Source of the DNA: Akkermansiaceae bacterium
GTDB taxonomy: Bacteria > Verrucomicrobiota > Verrucomicrobiia > Verrucomicrobiales > Akkermansiaceae
Assembly (NCBI GenBank): GCA_015062005.1
Contig: SUVL01000006.1
Span: forward strand, 11,029-75,028
Length of the DNA: 64,000 nucleotides
Direction of reading: 5' to 3'
In this document: positions 37,352 to 46,096 of the stretch, in pieces
How the letters are laid out: the number at the start of each line of letters is the position of its first letter
How positions within the stretch are numbered: the first letter of the stretch is position 1
Made by a program: the position numbers and the translations under genes
Notes under the pieces: generated by a model
Seen by the model: only the letters and a program-made list of their open reading frames with translations
What the model was told of the DNA's origin: nothing
Database searches by the model: none

Positions 37352-38422
37352 TCACAGCTTGATGAACACTCGCTTCCGGTACAGGAACCAGCACAGCCAC
37401 CAGGCCAGCAGCAGCGCGGTGGCGGCGTTGGCCACGCGTTGCCAGTCGGTGGAGAGGAACAGCGCCCAGGTGCCACCCAGCATGCGGTTGGTGAGCATGG
37501 GGAAGCTGATGAGGTGTGTGACGATGTAGATGGCCAGGGCATTCAGCCCCACCACGCGCAGTGGCAGACACCAGCGCACCAGCCCCAGCACATCGATAAC
37601 CAGATGGAACACGGCCATGAGGATGGCGCTGATGCCGGCGCAGCAGAGCACGAAGCCTGGCGTCCATATTCCCTTGATGCAGGGCAGCCACCATCCGCCT
37701 GCCAGCAGAATGAGACCACAGGCCAGCATGGTGACCACCCTCAGGGGCGGCTGGGCTATGTTCAGAAAAAGGCGTCCTGCGCAATAGCCCAGCAGGGAAA
37801 GTGCAGTGGCGGAGATAATGCAGAGTGGCCCCTCCGGGTCATAACTACCACTGTGCAGTATGCCGGGGCAGAGGATGGCATCCACCCTGGCGTTGAAACA
37901 GCCGCCAGGGGTGTAGTCGCCGCCCAGGTGCTGTGCGGCGCCTACGCTGCCCAGGATAAGCCCGGCCAGCACGAGATTCGGCAGAATGCGTCCGCCGCAG
38001 AGCAGGGTGAAGGTGCCCGCCAGTGCCCCGGAAAGCCCGATGAGCCCCAGCACGGAGGCAAAGCGCATGGTGGATAAATCCCAGCTGATATTGCCGTTGA
38101 CGAGGAAGCCCAGTATCACCAGTACCAGGGCCCGGCTCCAGAGGTGCAGCAGTGTTCTCCAGACCGGTGCATCCATTCTCCGCAGCTGCGAAAAACACAT
38201 GGCCATGCCTGCCATGAACACAAATAGAGGAAAAACGCAGTCGTATAATCGCAGCCCCACCCAGGGTGCGTGCCCCATCTGCTCGCGGATGTATTTCCAG
38301 GCTTCCCCACCGCCACTGACCGGGTACAGCGCGTATACCAATGCATCTATGCCTATGATAATGAGCATATCCAGCCCTCGCAGGGCATCCAGTGAGGTAA
38401 GTCTCGCTCCCGGTGTTTCCAT
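37352..38422 (-). CDS. Acyltransferase-like polytopic membrane protein (HGSNAT/DUF1624/DUF5009-like)
   Basis: 356 aa with about 10 TM helices and an N-terminal LTSLDALRGLDMLIIIG. Confidence 0.6.
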   Translation of the reverse strand: METPGARLTSLDALRGLDMLIIIGIDALVYALYPVSGGGEAWKYIREQMGHAPWVGLRLYDCVFPLFVFMAGMAMCFSQLRRMDAPVWRTLLHLWSRALVLVILGFLVNGNISWDLSTMRFASVLGLIGLSGALAGTFTLLCGGRILPNLVLAGLILGSVGAAQHLGGDYTPGGCFNARVDAILCPGILHSGSYDPEGPLCIISATALSLLGYCAGRLFLNIAQPPLRVVTMLACGLILLAGGWWLPCIKGIWTPGFVLCCAGISAILMAVFHLVIDVLGLVRWCLPLRVVGLNALAIYIVTHLISFPMLTNRMLGGTWALFLSTDWQRVANAATALLLAWWLCWFLYRKRVFIKL

Positions 38423-38498
38423 ATGCCCCGTATCCTACCAGATTTTGCTCCCTCTGACAAGAAATGAAAAAAAAGATTTAGAAAAGTTCTAAAAAAGC

Positions 38499-38527
38499 TT
38501 GAACAGAATCGAGAGTTAGTGTATCTT
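38499..38527 (+). promoter_or_regulatory. Sigma70-type promoter TTGAAC-17-TATCTT
   Basis: Lies 18 nt upstream of the ahpC ATG. Confidence 0.5.
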
Positions 38528-38545
38528 AACCCCAACAACCAATAA

Positions 38546-39181
38546 TTGCATATTATGTTAGTAGGAAAACAAGCTCCCGTATTCAAGGCAACCGCAGTGG
38601 TGAATGGTGAAATCGTGAATGATTTCAGTCTTCAGGACTATGTGGATAAGAAGTACGTATTGTTCTTCTTCTACCCGAAGGATTTTACCTTTGTGTGCCC
38701 CACAGAGTTGCTGGGGTTCCAGGCGGCGCTGCCAGAGTTCGCCAAGCGCGACACAGTGGTGGTGGGCTGCTCCACCGATACTGAGTACAGCCATTGGGCC
38801 TGGTGCCAGAAGCCGCAGTGCGAAGGTGGTATCAGCGGCGTGACCTATCCGCTGGTGGCCGATACGAACAAAACCATAGCCGATGCCTTCGATGTGCTGG
38901 CCGGCGAACGCTATGTGGACGAAAATGGCAAGCTGCAGGTGAAGGGTGAGCTGGTTGCCTACCGCGGACTCTTCCTTATCGATAAGCAGGGTATCGTGCG
39001 CCACCAGCTTGTGAACGATATGCCGCTGGGTCGCTCTATCGACGAAGCCATCCGCATGGTGGATGCCCTGCAGCACTTTGAGCAGTACGGTGAGGTATGC
39101 CCCCTCGGCTGGCACCCTGGGCAGGAAGCCATGCAGGCCACCCACGAAGGAGTCGCGAAGTACCTCTCGCAGAATGCATAA
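38546..39181 (+). CDS. ahpC: Peroxiredoxin (typical 2-Cys, AhpC/Prx1)
   Basis: 211 aa with FFYPKDFTFVCPTE and the resolving-Cys motif EVCP. Confidence 0.92.
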   Translation: MHIMLVGKQAPVFKATAVVNGEIVNDFSLQDYVDKKYVLFFFYPKDFTFVCPTELLGFQAALPEFAKRDTVVVGCSTDTEYSHWAWCQKPQCEGGISGVTYPLVADTNKTIADAFDVLAGERYVDENGKLQVKGELVAYRGLFLIDKQGIVRHQLVNDMPLGRSIDEAIRMVDALQHFEQYGEVCPLGWHPGQEAMQATHEGVAKYLSQNA

Positions 39182-39202
39182 TCCAGAATAATACCCCCAA
39201 TC

Positions 39203-39235
39203 AAAAAAGCCTGAGCGTTTGCTCAGGCTTTTTTG
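39203..39235. terminator. Bidirectional rho-independent terminator
   Basis: Stem agcctgagc / gctcaggct with loop gttt, flanked by an A-run and a T-run, between convergent genes. Confidence 0.8.
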
Positions 39236-39290
39236 CTGTTGTAGCGCTGCCGGAAGTCAGCTCACTTATTGATTATTCTGCAACCGGCAT

Positions 39291-40418
39291 TTAATAGACG
39301 TCCTTCTGGTAACGCTTGGCTGCCTTCATATCGGCCAGGTAGGCGGTGGCTTCTTCTTCGGAGCGGTTGCCATACTTCGAGATGATGGCCAGCAGGGCCT
39401 TCTCCACATCCTTGGCCATGCGGTTGGCATCGCCGCACATGTAGAAAGCGGCACCCTTCTCAAGCCACTGCCAGATTTCCTCTCCGGCCTGCTCCATGAG
39501 GTTCTGCACGTAAATCTTGTAGGCCTGGTCGCGGCTCCAGGCGACGGAGAGCTTCAGCTTGCCGCTTTCCACCAGGGGGGCGGTCTCGTCCTCGTAGCAG
39601 TTATCGGTGGCCTGGTAGGGGTTACCGAAGAAGAGCCACATGGGGCCGGCAGCGTTATCGGCCACGCGCTGCTGCCAGAAGGCGCGGAACGGGGCAATGC
39701 CGGTGCCGGGGCCTACCATGATGATGGGGGTGTTGCCATCCTCGGGCAGGCGGAAGTTCTTGTTGCAGTGGACAAAGACCTTCACCTTGTCACCGGGCTG
39801 CAGACGGTCGGCCATGAAGGTGGAGCACACGCCGCCACGCTTGCGGTCGTTGGTGGTGTAGCGCACAGCGCCTACGCAGAGGGAAACCTGGCCGGGCACG
39901 GCATCCGGGCTGGAGGCAATGGAGTACAGACGCGGGGAAATCTTGCCCAGAATGCTCACGAAGGAGGCAGCATCCGGGAAAGTGGCCTTGCAGGTGGGGC
40001 AGGTGGCGAGATCGAGCAGGTCGCGGCCCCAGCAGAAGTCCTTGAGTGCGTCCTTATCGGCCAGAATACCGGCCAGCTTTTCGCTGTTGGCCACGGCGTT
40101 CCACTTGGTCAGGTTGCCCTTCTTCAGGTTGGTGATATCGTAGGAGCTGATGAGCGCCTCACGCAGCGGAGCTGTTTCGCCACAGGGGGTGGGCACTTCA
40201 GCTGCGGGGTCGAGGCCCAGTGCGGCAATCAGGGCATCCACCAGCTCGGGGTCATTGCAGGGAATGACACCCAGGGCATCACCCGTGGTATAGGTCAGCC
40301 CGGAACCCTCCAGGGAGTAATCCACGTGGATGGTTTCCTTGGCGCTGCCGGGCTTGGTAACAGAGCGGACTCCCAGCACTGTGGCAGGGAACGGGTTCTT
40401 CATGCTGTACGGTTCCAT
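39291..40418 (-). CDS. FAD/NAD(P)-binding oxidoreductase, CysJ C-terminal-like (no flavodoxin domain)
   Basis: Has the RLYSIASSP FAD motif and GPGTGIAPFRAF NADP motif, and ends in DVY. Confidence 0.8.
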   Translation of the reverse strand: MEPYSMKNPFPATVLGVRSVTKPGSAKETIHVDYSLEGSGLTYTTGDALGVIPCNDPELVDALIAALGLDPAAEVPTPCGETAPLREALISSYDITNLKKGNLTKWNAVANSEKLAGILADKDALKDFCWGRDLLDLATCPTCKATFPDAASFVSILGKISPRLYSIASSPDAVPGQVSLCVGAVRYTTNDRKRGGVCSTFMADRLQPGDKVKVFVHCNKNFRLPEDGNTPIIMVGPGTGIAPFRAFWQQRVADNAAGPMWLFFGNPYQATDNCYEDETAPLVESGKLKLSVAWSRDQAYKIYVQNLMEQAGEEIWQWLEKGAAFYMCGDANRMAKDVEKALLAIISKYGNRSEEEATAYLADMKAAKRYQKDVY

Positions 40419-40499
40419 TGTGTGAAAAAAGGATGCTTTTACTGCCCATAATCTGCCTGACAGGTGGAGAATTGTCAAGCAAAAACGATGGCTGCACCT

Positions 40500-42983
40500 T
40501 TACCGGAAGATGATTTCATTCAGGCGCGTGCCTTCTTCTTTTTCAACGGTGATTTCGATGGTGCGAGTGCCTTTGGGAATTTTGTGGTAGAGGATGGGGC
40601 CCTTTCGTTTGGTGTCCTTACCGGGGGAGATTCCAACCTTGGCAGTGCCGACAATAATTACACGTCTGGTAGTAGCTTTGGGCACGGCAACGCGGAGCTT
40701 GATATTGCTGTGGCCGCAGTCCACCGAGGTGGAGAGGTCTGCATCGCTGAGCCAGCGGGCATCGACCCATTGACCTTTTTCGGGCAGGACGAGCTTGAAA
40801 TCCTTGATTTTAACTTGTTGCGGAGAGCGCGAGGTGTTGGTGACAATGAGTTTCTTCACCCCGGACTTAGGCAGGGCCTTGCCTGTGAGATGGATGGCCG
40901 TGCCGCGGAATTCGGGTTTAGGGCGACCACGGCGGCCATTGAGCGCATGTATTTCCACGCGAGCCCATTCGCTTACGCTGCTGTTTTCGAAATCTACAAT
41001 CACTTCGCGCGCGGGCACACCGGCTGGCACCGTCAGCTCGATGCTGCCGCCGGCGGGCAGGGGGTATAGTTCCATGACCCGGTTCAGGCCTATCTCCCGT
41101 TCGTTATCGTTGATGTTCAACTTGATGCCCTGGATAGAGCTTGTCACGGAGGGGATGACGGTGGGAACTTTATCTGCGGGGCTCTGGGCTATTTCCTGGT
41201 AGAATTCTTCGTTTTTGTGCTTAAGCACAGCCTGGATGAGGGGCATGATGTGCTCTGTACCTACGGTGACACCCTGGACTTCGCTCACGCCGCTACCGTT
41301 CCACTGCGGGCGTGTGGTGTTCTTCATCTCTGCCAGGGCATTGGTGGCTTTCAGGAAGGTGAGCAAGGGCTTTTTCTCTTTTCGGGAGCAGGAATCCAGC
41401 AGGCGGTCACCGGCGGCTCCCAGAAGTTCAAATTGCTTAAACCAGGGCTGGATTTCTTCAGACAAGGCTTCGGCGCTGCCCTTGGCCTTGCAGAGCTTGC
41501 GCCCAGCCTGGCGGATATCACGGAAAATACGGCGCATGGCTTTGAGGGCGTCTTCCGTAGGGGTGGATTGTGCGAACTGCTCTTTCATGGCCTTGAGCTG
41601 AGGGGCCAGCTCGGCGGATTCTTCCCGGTAGTAGCCGTGACCGTTGGGCAGCAGGTTGCTGTTGTGGTCACAGAATAGCTGCATTTCTTCCTGATATTCG
41701 GGGTACAGGCGGGCAATGCCGGCTTTCCAGGTGCTCACGGAGTCGAAACGGGTGATGTTCCAGGTGTAGTCTGCTACGCCGAAGAGCCCCACTTTGTTAG
41801 CCTCAGCGTGTTCCATGGGGTTGGCCACGAACCCGCTCATCTGTTGTTTCATCTCCTGCTCGGTGCCCAGGCCATAGGTGCGGCCCATGGAGAGGCGGTC
41901 GCGGCGGAAGTCGTTGCAGGGCCAGTTCCACCAGATGAACGTGGGTGATTTCAGAAAGCGGTTCACCCATTTCTGGCCGTCCAGCTTGATATCGTGAACC
42001 ACGGAGTTGCCGGTCCACATCATGTAGATATCCTTTGGCAGTCCTTCGCCCATTTCGGTGAGGAAGCTTTCATTGGTCCACCCTCGATTGTAGCCGGTGG
42101 GGCACATGATGAGTTCCTGATTGGCCTGCGGGTGCTTGCGGATAAAGTGCTCCTGAATGTATTTGCAGAGTTGCACCTGGCGGGACGCCTTGCCGATTTC
42201 GCCGCCGGAGTCGTCCACGAATACGCCGAAATCACGCACTCCCAGGTCATAAAGCTGCTGGAGTTTGGCACAGAGCTTGTCCAGGTCAGGCTTACCGTCC
42301 TGGTTATTCCAGTTTACCGTGTTGGCGGGGTGGATGGCCCAGAAGAAGCGTACGTGGTTCTTGCGTGCATGGGCTACCACTTTCTTCAGTTCCGCCGCTT
42401 TATCGTCCGGGTAAGGTCGGTAGCAACCGCCACCGTGGTGGTAGGGGTCATCCTTGGGTGCGTAGATGTAGGTGTTGAGTTTGTTGCGGCCGTAGAACTC
42501 GAATTGTGCCATGCGGGCCTCGGCGCTCCATGGTATGCCGTAGTAGCCTTCAACCACGCCACGGTAGGGCAGGTCCGGCCAGTCAATGATGGTGCCGGTG
42601 GGCAGCTTGCCTTTGCGGGCCACCTCCTCCAGCGATTCATCAATGAAGGGGTCGCGGTGGGCATCCTGTGCTTCTTCCACGTTCTCCAGCAACTGACAGA
42701 TAGTCTGTTTTGCGTAGAACTCTCCTGTGTCATCATTGGCGTATACGACCAGTTTGCCCGGTGAGATGGAGATGGCGTAGCCTCCATTCACCGCTGGCAA
42801 CCTGTCCCAGAGGGAACCGCGTGATTTCTTGCTGCGCTTGCGGATGGAAACTTCTTTAATCTTGGTTGTCTTGCTGTTCAGATCCATCTTTTGCGGCCGG
42901 GGATACACTGGCGTTTCTTCCGCCGCATGCAGCCAGGGCAGGCACACAGCAGCAAGTATGGCTAGGAGAAGAGATTTGAACAT
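40500..42983 (-). CDS. Glycoside hydrolase family 84 beta-N-acetylglucosaminidase (O-GlcNAcase-like), secreted
   Basis: 827 aa with a signal peptide, VVEGYYGIPWS..NTYIYAPKDDPYH and the catalytic DD in FGVFVDDSG. There are extra C-terminal domains. Confidence 0.85.
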   Translation of the reverse strand: MFKSLLLAILAAVCLPWLHAAEETPVYPRPQKMDLNSKTTKIKEVSIRKRSKKSRGSLWDRLPAVNGGYAISISPGKLVVYANDDTGEFYAKQTICQLLENVEEAQDAHRDPFIDESLEEVARKGKLPTGTIIDWPDLPYRGVVEGYYGIPWSAEARMAQFEFYGRNKLNTYIYAPKDDPYHHGGGCYRPYPDDKAAELKKVVAHARKNHVRFFWAIHPANTVNWNNQDGKPDLDKLCAKLQQLYDLGVRDFGVFVDDSGGEIGKASRQVQLCKYIQEHFIRKHPQANQELIMCPTGYNRGWTNESFLTEMGEGLPKDIYMMWTGNSVVHDIKLDGQKWVNRFLKSPTFIWWNWPCNDFRRDRLSMGRTYGLGTEQEMKQQMSGFVANPMEHAEANKVGLFGVADYTWNITRFDSVSTWKAGIARLYPEYQEEMQLFCDHNSNLLPNGHGYYREESAELAPQLKAMKEQFAQSTPTEDALKAMRRIFRDIRQAGRKLCKAKGSAEALSEEIQPWFKQFELLGAAGDRLLDSCSRKEKKPLLTFLKATNALAEMKNTTRPQWNGSGVSEVQGVTVGTEHIMPLIQAVLKHKNEEFYQEIAQSPADKVPTVIPSVTSSIQGIKLNINDNEREIGLNRVMELYPLPAGGSIELTVPAGVPAREVIVDFENSSVSEWARVEIHALNGRRGRPKPEFRGTAIHLTGKALPKSGVKKLIVTNTSRSPQQVKIKDFKLVLPEKGQWVDARWLSDADLSTSVDCGHSNIKLRVAVPKATTRRVIIVGTAKVGISPGKDTKRKGPILYHKIPKGTRTIEITVEKEEGTRLNEIIFR

Positions 42984-43061
42984 AAGAATGACAGAACCTT
43001 TGCCATTCTAACACAATCGCGCTGTGAAACAAGCTGAAAATCGAGCAGGAAAGCAGGACCG

Positions 43062-43195
43062 CACGCGTGTCCCAAAGATTTGGGATACGTGGATTTACAA
43101 TTGATAATTTACGATTGACAAATTGAAAGTTAGCGGCTTACGCCGATAGAGCCACAAATGCATGCATACTGCCGGTGGTGAGGCGGGAGATACCC
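43062..43195 (-). repeat. Conserved structured intergenic element, copy B
   Basis: The reverse complement aligns without gaps to 471-603. It includes cggcgtaagccg, the heptamer array (43091-43131) and the palindrome (43067-43088, one mismatch). Confidence 0.8.
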
Positions 43196-43332
43196 TACTA
43201 CGAATTTTCTCACAGAACACTATGCTCTTATATCGTTTAGGGCTATTTTCTCATAATCTCTGGGACACATGTGGCAGGACCGTGTCAAGATTCAGAATGG
43301 ATTGTTGAGGCAGATTGTGCTAATGTCATGGC

Positions 43333-43968
43333 ATGGAAGATGACAGCATCCGACCGAAGTGGTTGACCTGGGCCAAGGAGATTCAATTCATAGCCCAGGC
43401 GGGAATTGAGTACTGCCCGGATCCCTTTGACCGGGAACGCTTTGAACGATTGCGGGAGCTGGCTGCGGAGATGCTTTCCACCATGACTGACCTGCCGCTG
43501 GAGAAAGTGCGGGATTTATTCTGCAATGAAACAGGGTTCCAGACGCCGAAACTGGATTCGCGGGCTGCTATCATCCGCGATGGAAAAATCCTCCTGGTGC
43601 GGGAGAGGGATGGCCTTTGGGCTATGCCTGGCGGCTGGGTCGATGTGGACCAGACCATCGCTTCCAACTTGGTGAAAGAGGTGCATGAGGAGGCCGGGCT
43701 GGAGGTTAAAACCGGCCGCCTGGTGGCGCTGCATGAATACAGCCGCCGCAACTGTCGCCGCCCGTTCCCCTATAACATCATCAAGGCATTTGTGCTCTGC
43801 GAGCCTGTGGGAGAACCTCATCTGGCAGCAAATCCGGAAACAAATGATGTGCAGTGGTTTGCGCCGGCCACGCTGCCTCCCCTGCATACAGGAAAGCAGA
43901 CTTTCGGGCAGATAGCTATGTGTTTCGCCGCCTATGCCGATGCCCATTGGGTGCCGGAATTGGACTAG
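43333..43968 (+). CDS. NUDIX hydrolase with Nudix N-terminal domain
   Basis: 211 aa with the Nudix box GGWVDVDQTIASNLVKEVHEEAGLEV. Confidence 0.85.
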   Translation: MEDDSIRPKWLTWAKEIQFIAQAGIEYCPDPFDRERFERLRELAAEMLSTMTDLPLEKVRDLFCNETGFQTPKLDSRAAIIRDGKILLVRERDGLWAMPGGWVDVDQTIASNLVKEVHEEAGLEVKTGRLVALHEYSRRNCRRPFPYNIIKAFVLCEPVGEPHLAANPETNDVQWFAPATLPPLHTGKQTFGQIAMCFAAYADAHWVPELD

Positions 43969-44024
43969 TTGATGCTTGCCCGCACTTTACAAGGCGGACG
44001 AAAAGTGATACTCTTTCTGGCGCT

Positions 44025-45026
44025 ATGATGAACCTGCCCATTCGCCCCCGTCGCAACCGCAAATCTGCCGCCGTGCGTGGTCTCATGCGCGAGACAACGC
44101 TTTCTGCCGCAAATCTGATTTACCCCATGTTTGTGCAGGAGGGGGAGGAGGATACCCCGATTGAATCGCTGCCGGGGTGTACGCGCTGGAGCGTGGCGGG
44201 CATCGTGCGCGAATGCAGTCGCTTGTACGAGTTGGGCATCCCGTGCGTGGATCTGTTTGCTGTGGTGCCGGAGGAGAAGAAGGATGCCACAGGTTCAGAA
44301 GCCTGGAACCCGGAGGGCGTGGTTCCCCGTGCCATCCGTGCCATCAAGGCCGCCGTGCCGGAGCTTTGCGTGATGACGGATGTGGCACTGGACCCCTTCA
44401 ACACCTACGGTCAGGATGGACTGGTGCGTGAGTACGAGGATGGTACCTACGAGATTCTCAACGATGAGACGGTGGAGGCGCTCTGCCGCCAGGCATTGTG
44501 CCATGCCCGCGCCGGGGCGGACATCATTTCTCCCAGCGATATGATGGATGGCCGCATAGCTGCTTTGCGCGCTGCGCTTGATGCCGAGGGCTTCACCAAG
44601 GTTTCCCTTATGAGCTACACGGCCAAGTACGCCTCTGCTTTCTACGGCCCCTTCCGTGGCGCACTGGGCAGTGCCCCGAAGTTTGGTGATAAGAAAACAT
44701 ACCAGATGGACCCGGGAAATGCGCGCGAGGCTTTGCGCGAGGCTGCGCTGGATGCTGCTGAAGGAGCCGATTTTCTCATGGTGAAGCCTGCTACTTTGTA
44801 TCTGGATGTGATTTCCGGGATGCGCCGTGCCACAACGTTGCCCATTGCAGCCTACCATGTGAGTGGTGAGTATCTCATGGTGAAGGCTGCGGCGGCTTCC
44901 GGCTGGCTGGATGAGAAGCAGTGCATGCTGGAGGCTCTGCTCTCTATCCGCCGCGCTGGGGCGGATATGATTCTGACCTATGCCGCCCCGCAGGTTGCCG
45001 AGTGGCTGGATGGCGGCTGCCTGTAA
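44025..45026 (+). CDS. hemB: Porphobilinogen synthase (Asp-rich, Mg-type metal site)
   Basis: Starts MMNLPIRPRRNRKSAAVRGLMRE. Has DVALDPFNTYGQDG and the active-site Lys regions. Confidence 0.92.
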   Translation: MMNLPIRPRRNRKSAAVRGLMRETTLSAANLIYPMFVQEGEEDTPIESLPGCTRWSVAGIVRECSRLYELGIPCVDLFAVVPEEKKDATGSEAWNPEGVVPRAIRAIKAAVPELCVMTDVALDPFNTYGQDGLVREYEDGTYEILNDETVEALCRQALCHARAGADIISPSDMMDGRIAALRAALDAEGFTKVSLMSYTAKYASAFYGPFRGALGSAPKFGDKKTYQMDPGNAREALREAALDAAEGADFLMVKPATLYLDVISGMRRATTLPIAAYHVSGEYLMVKAAAASGWLDEKQCMLEALLSIRRAGADMILTYAAPQVAEWLDGGCL

Positions 45027-46096
45027 TGCATGACTCCAATTTCTGGATGAGATGCTTACGTAAAGATTCCCTGCTGCTTTTCCTGGTGCTTCTGGTGGCG
45101 GGACTACTGGTGGAGCGCTTCAGTGGGGATGATACTCTGCTGCGCTGGCTGGGAGCCGCTCCTCCAGCGCAGCAGCAGGAATATGTGCCTGGAGTGGCTA
45201 ACCTGGAACTGCCAGCAGAGGTCGCGCATACCGCACCCTTGCAGAAACAGGTGGACATCGCAGCCATCCCCAGGCCGGGTAAACCTGTTCGCTTCCTGAT
45301 GCACAATGTGCAGAACTACTTTGTGGAAGGTGAAGTGCAGCGTTCTCCCTATGTGCTGAAACCCAAGACCAGGAATTCCCGCGATGCCGTGGCGGATATC
45401 ATTGCGGAGGCGAAGCCCCAGATAGTGGGCCTCATCGAAATTGGCGGCCCTCTGGCCTTGCAGGATTTGCGCCAGCGCCTGGCTGCCCGCGGCTTGGAAT
45501 TTCCTTATTACCGTGTGCTCATCCGGCCGGGTGAAGACCGTGCGCTGGCTGTGCTTTCGGTGCATCCCATCGTTCAGGACCACTCCCAGAGCAAGGTGAA
45601 GCTCCACCAGCAGAAGCGCCGCAAGATGCTGCGTGGTATTCTGGATGTCACAATCCGGCTGGATGATGGCCGCTTGTTCCGCATTGTTGGTGCGCATCTG
45701 AAATCCCGCGTGGCGGAGGATGCCGCCGCTGCTTCCGCTCTCCGCAAGCAGGAAGCCTATACCCTGGCTCAGCATATTCAGCACATTGCCCGAATGCAGA
45801 AGGGATTGCCCTTACTCGTGTTTGGTGATTGGAATGACGGCCCGGCGGATGCCGCGCCCCGGATAGTGCAGCAGGGCCTTTCGCAGGATGCTGCGCTGCG
45901 CCGCCTCTCTCCGGAGGATTCCCGCGGCGAGGAATGGACTCTTTACTACAAGCGCGGTAAGGAGTACTGCGTCTACGACCAGATTTTTGTGAACCCGGTT
46001 CTCCGGGAACGCATGCGCGGGCAGGGCGGTATCGTTGATATACCAGCGGCCGCCAAGGCTTCCGACCACCGCGCCCTCTGGTGCGATTTACGATGA
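45026..46096 (+). CDS. Endonuclease/exonuclease/phosphatase (EEP) family protein, membrane-anchored
   Basis: The start overlaps the hemB stop (TAATG). It has an N-terminal TM helix and a C-terminal SDHRALW motif. Confidence 0.7.
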   Translation: MHDSNFWMRCLRKDSLLLFLVLLVAGLLVERFSGDDTLLRWLGAAPPAQQQEYVPGVANLELPAEVAHTAPLQKQVDIAAIPRPGKPVRFLMHNVQNYFVEGEVQRSPYVLKPKTRNSRDAVADIIAEAKPQIVGLIEIGGPLALQDLRQRLAARGLEFPYYRVLIRPGEDRALAVLSVHPIVQDHSQSKVKLHQQKRRKMLRGILDVTIRLDDGRLFRIVGAHLKSRVAEDAAAASALRKQEAYTLAQHIQHIARMQKGLPLLVFGDWNDGPADAAPRIVQQGLSQDAALRRLSPEDSRGEEWTLYYKRGKEYCVYDQIFVNPVLRERMRGQGGIVDIPAAAKASDHRALWCDLR

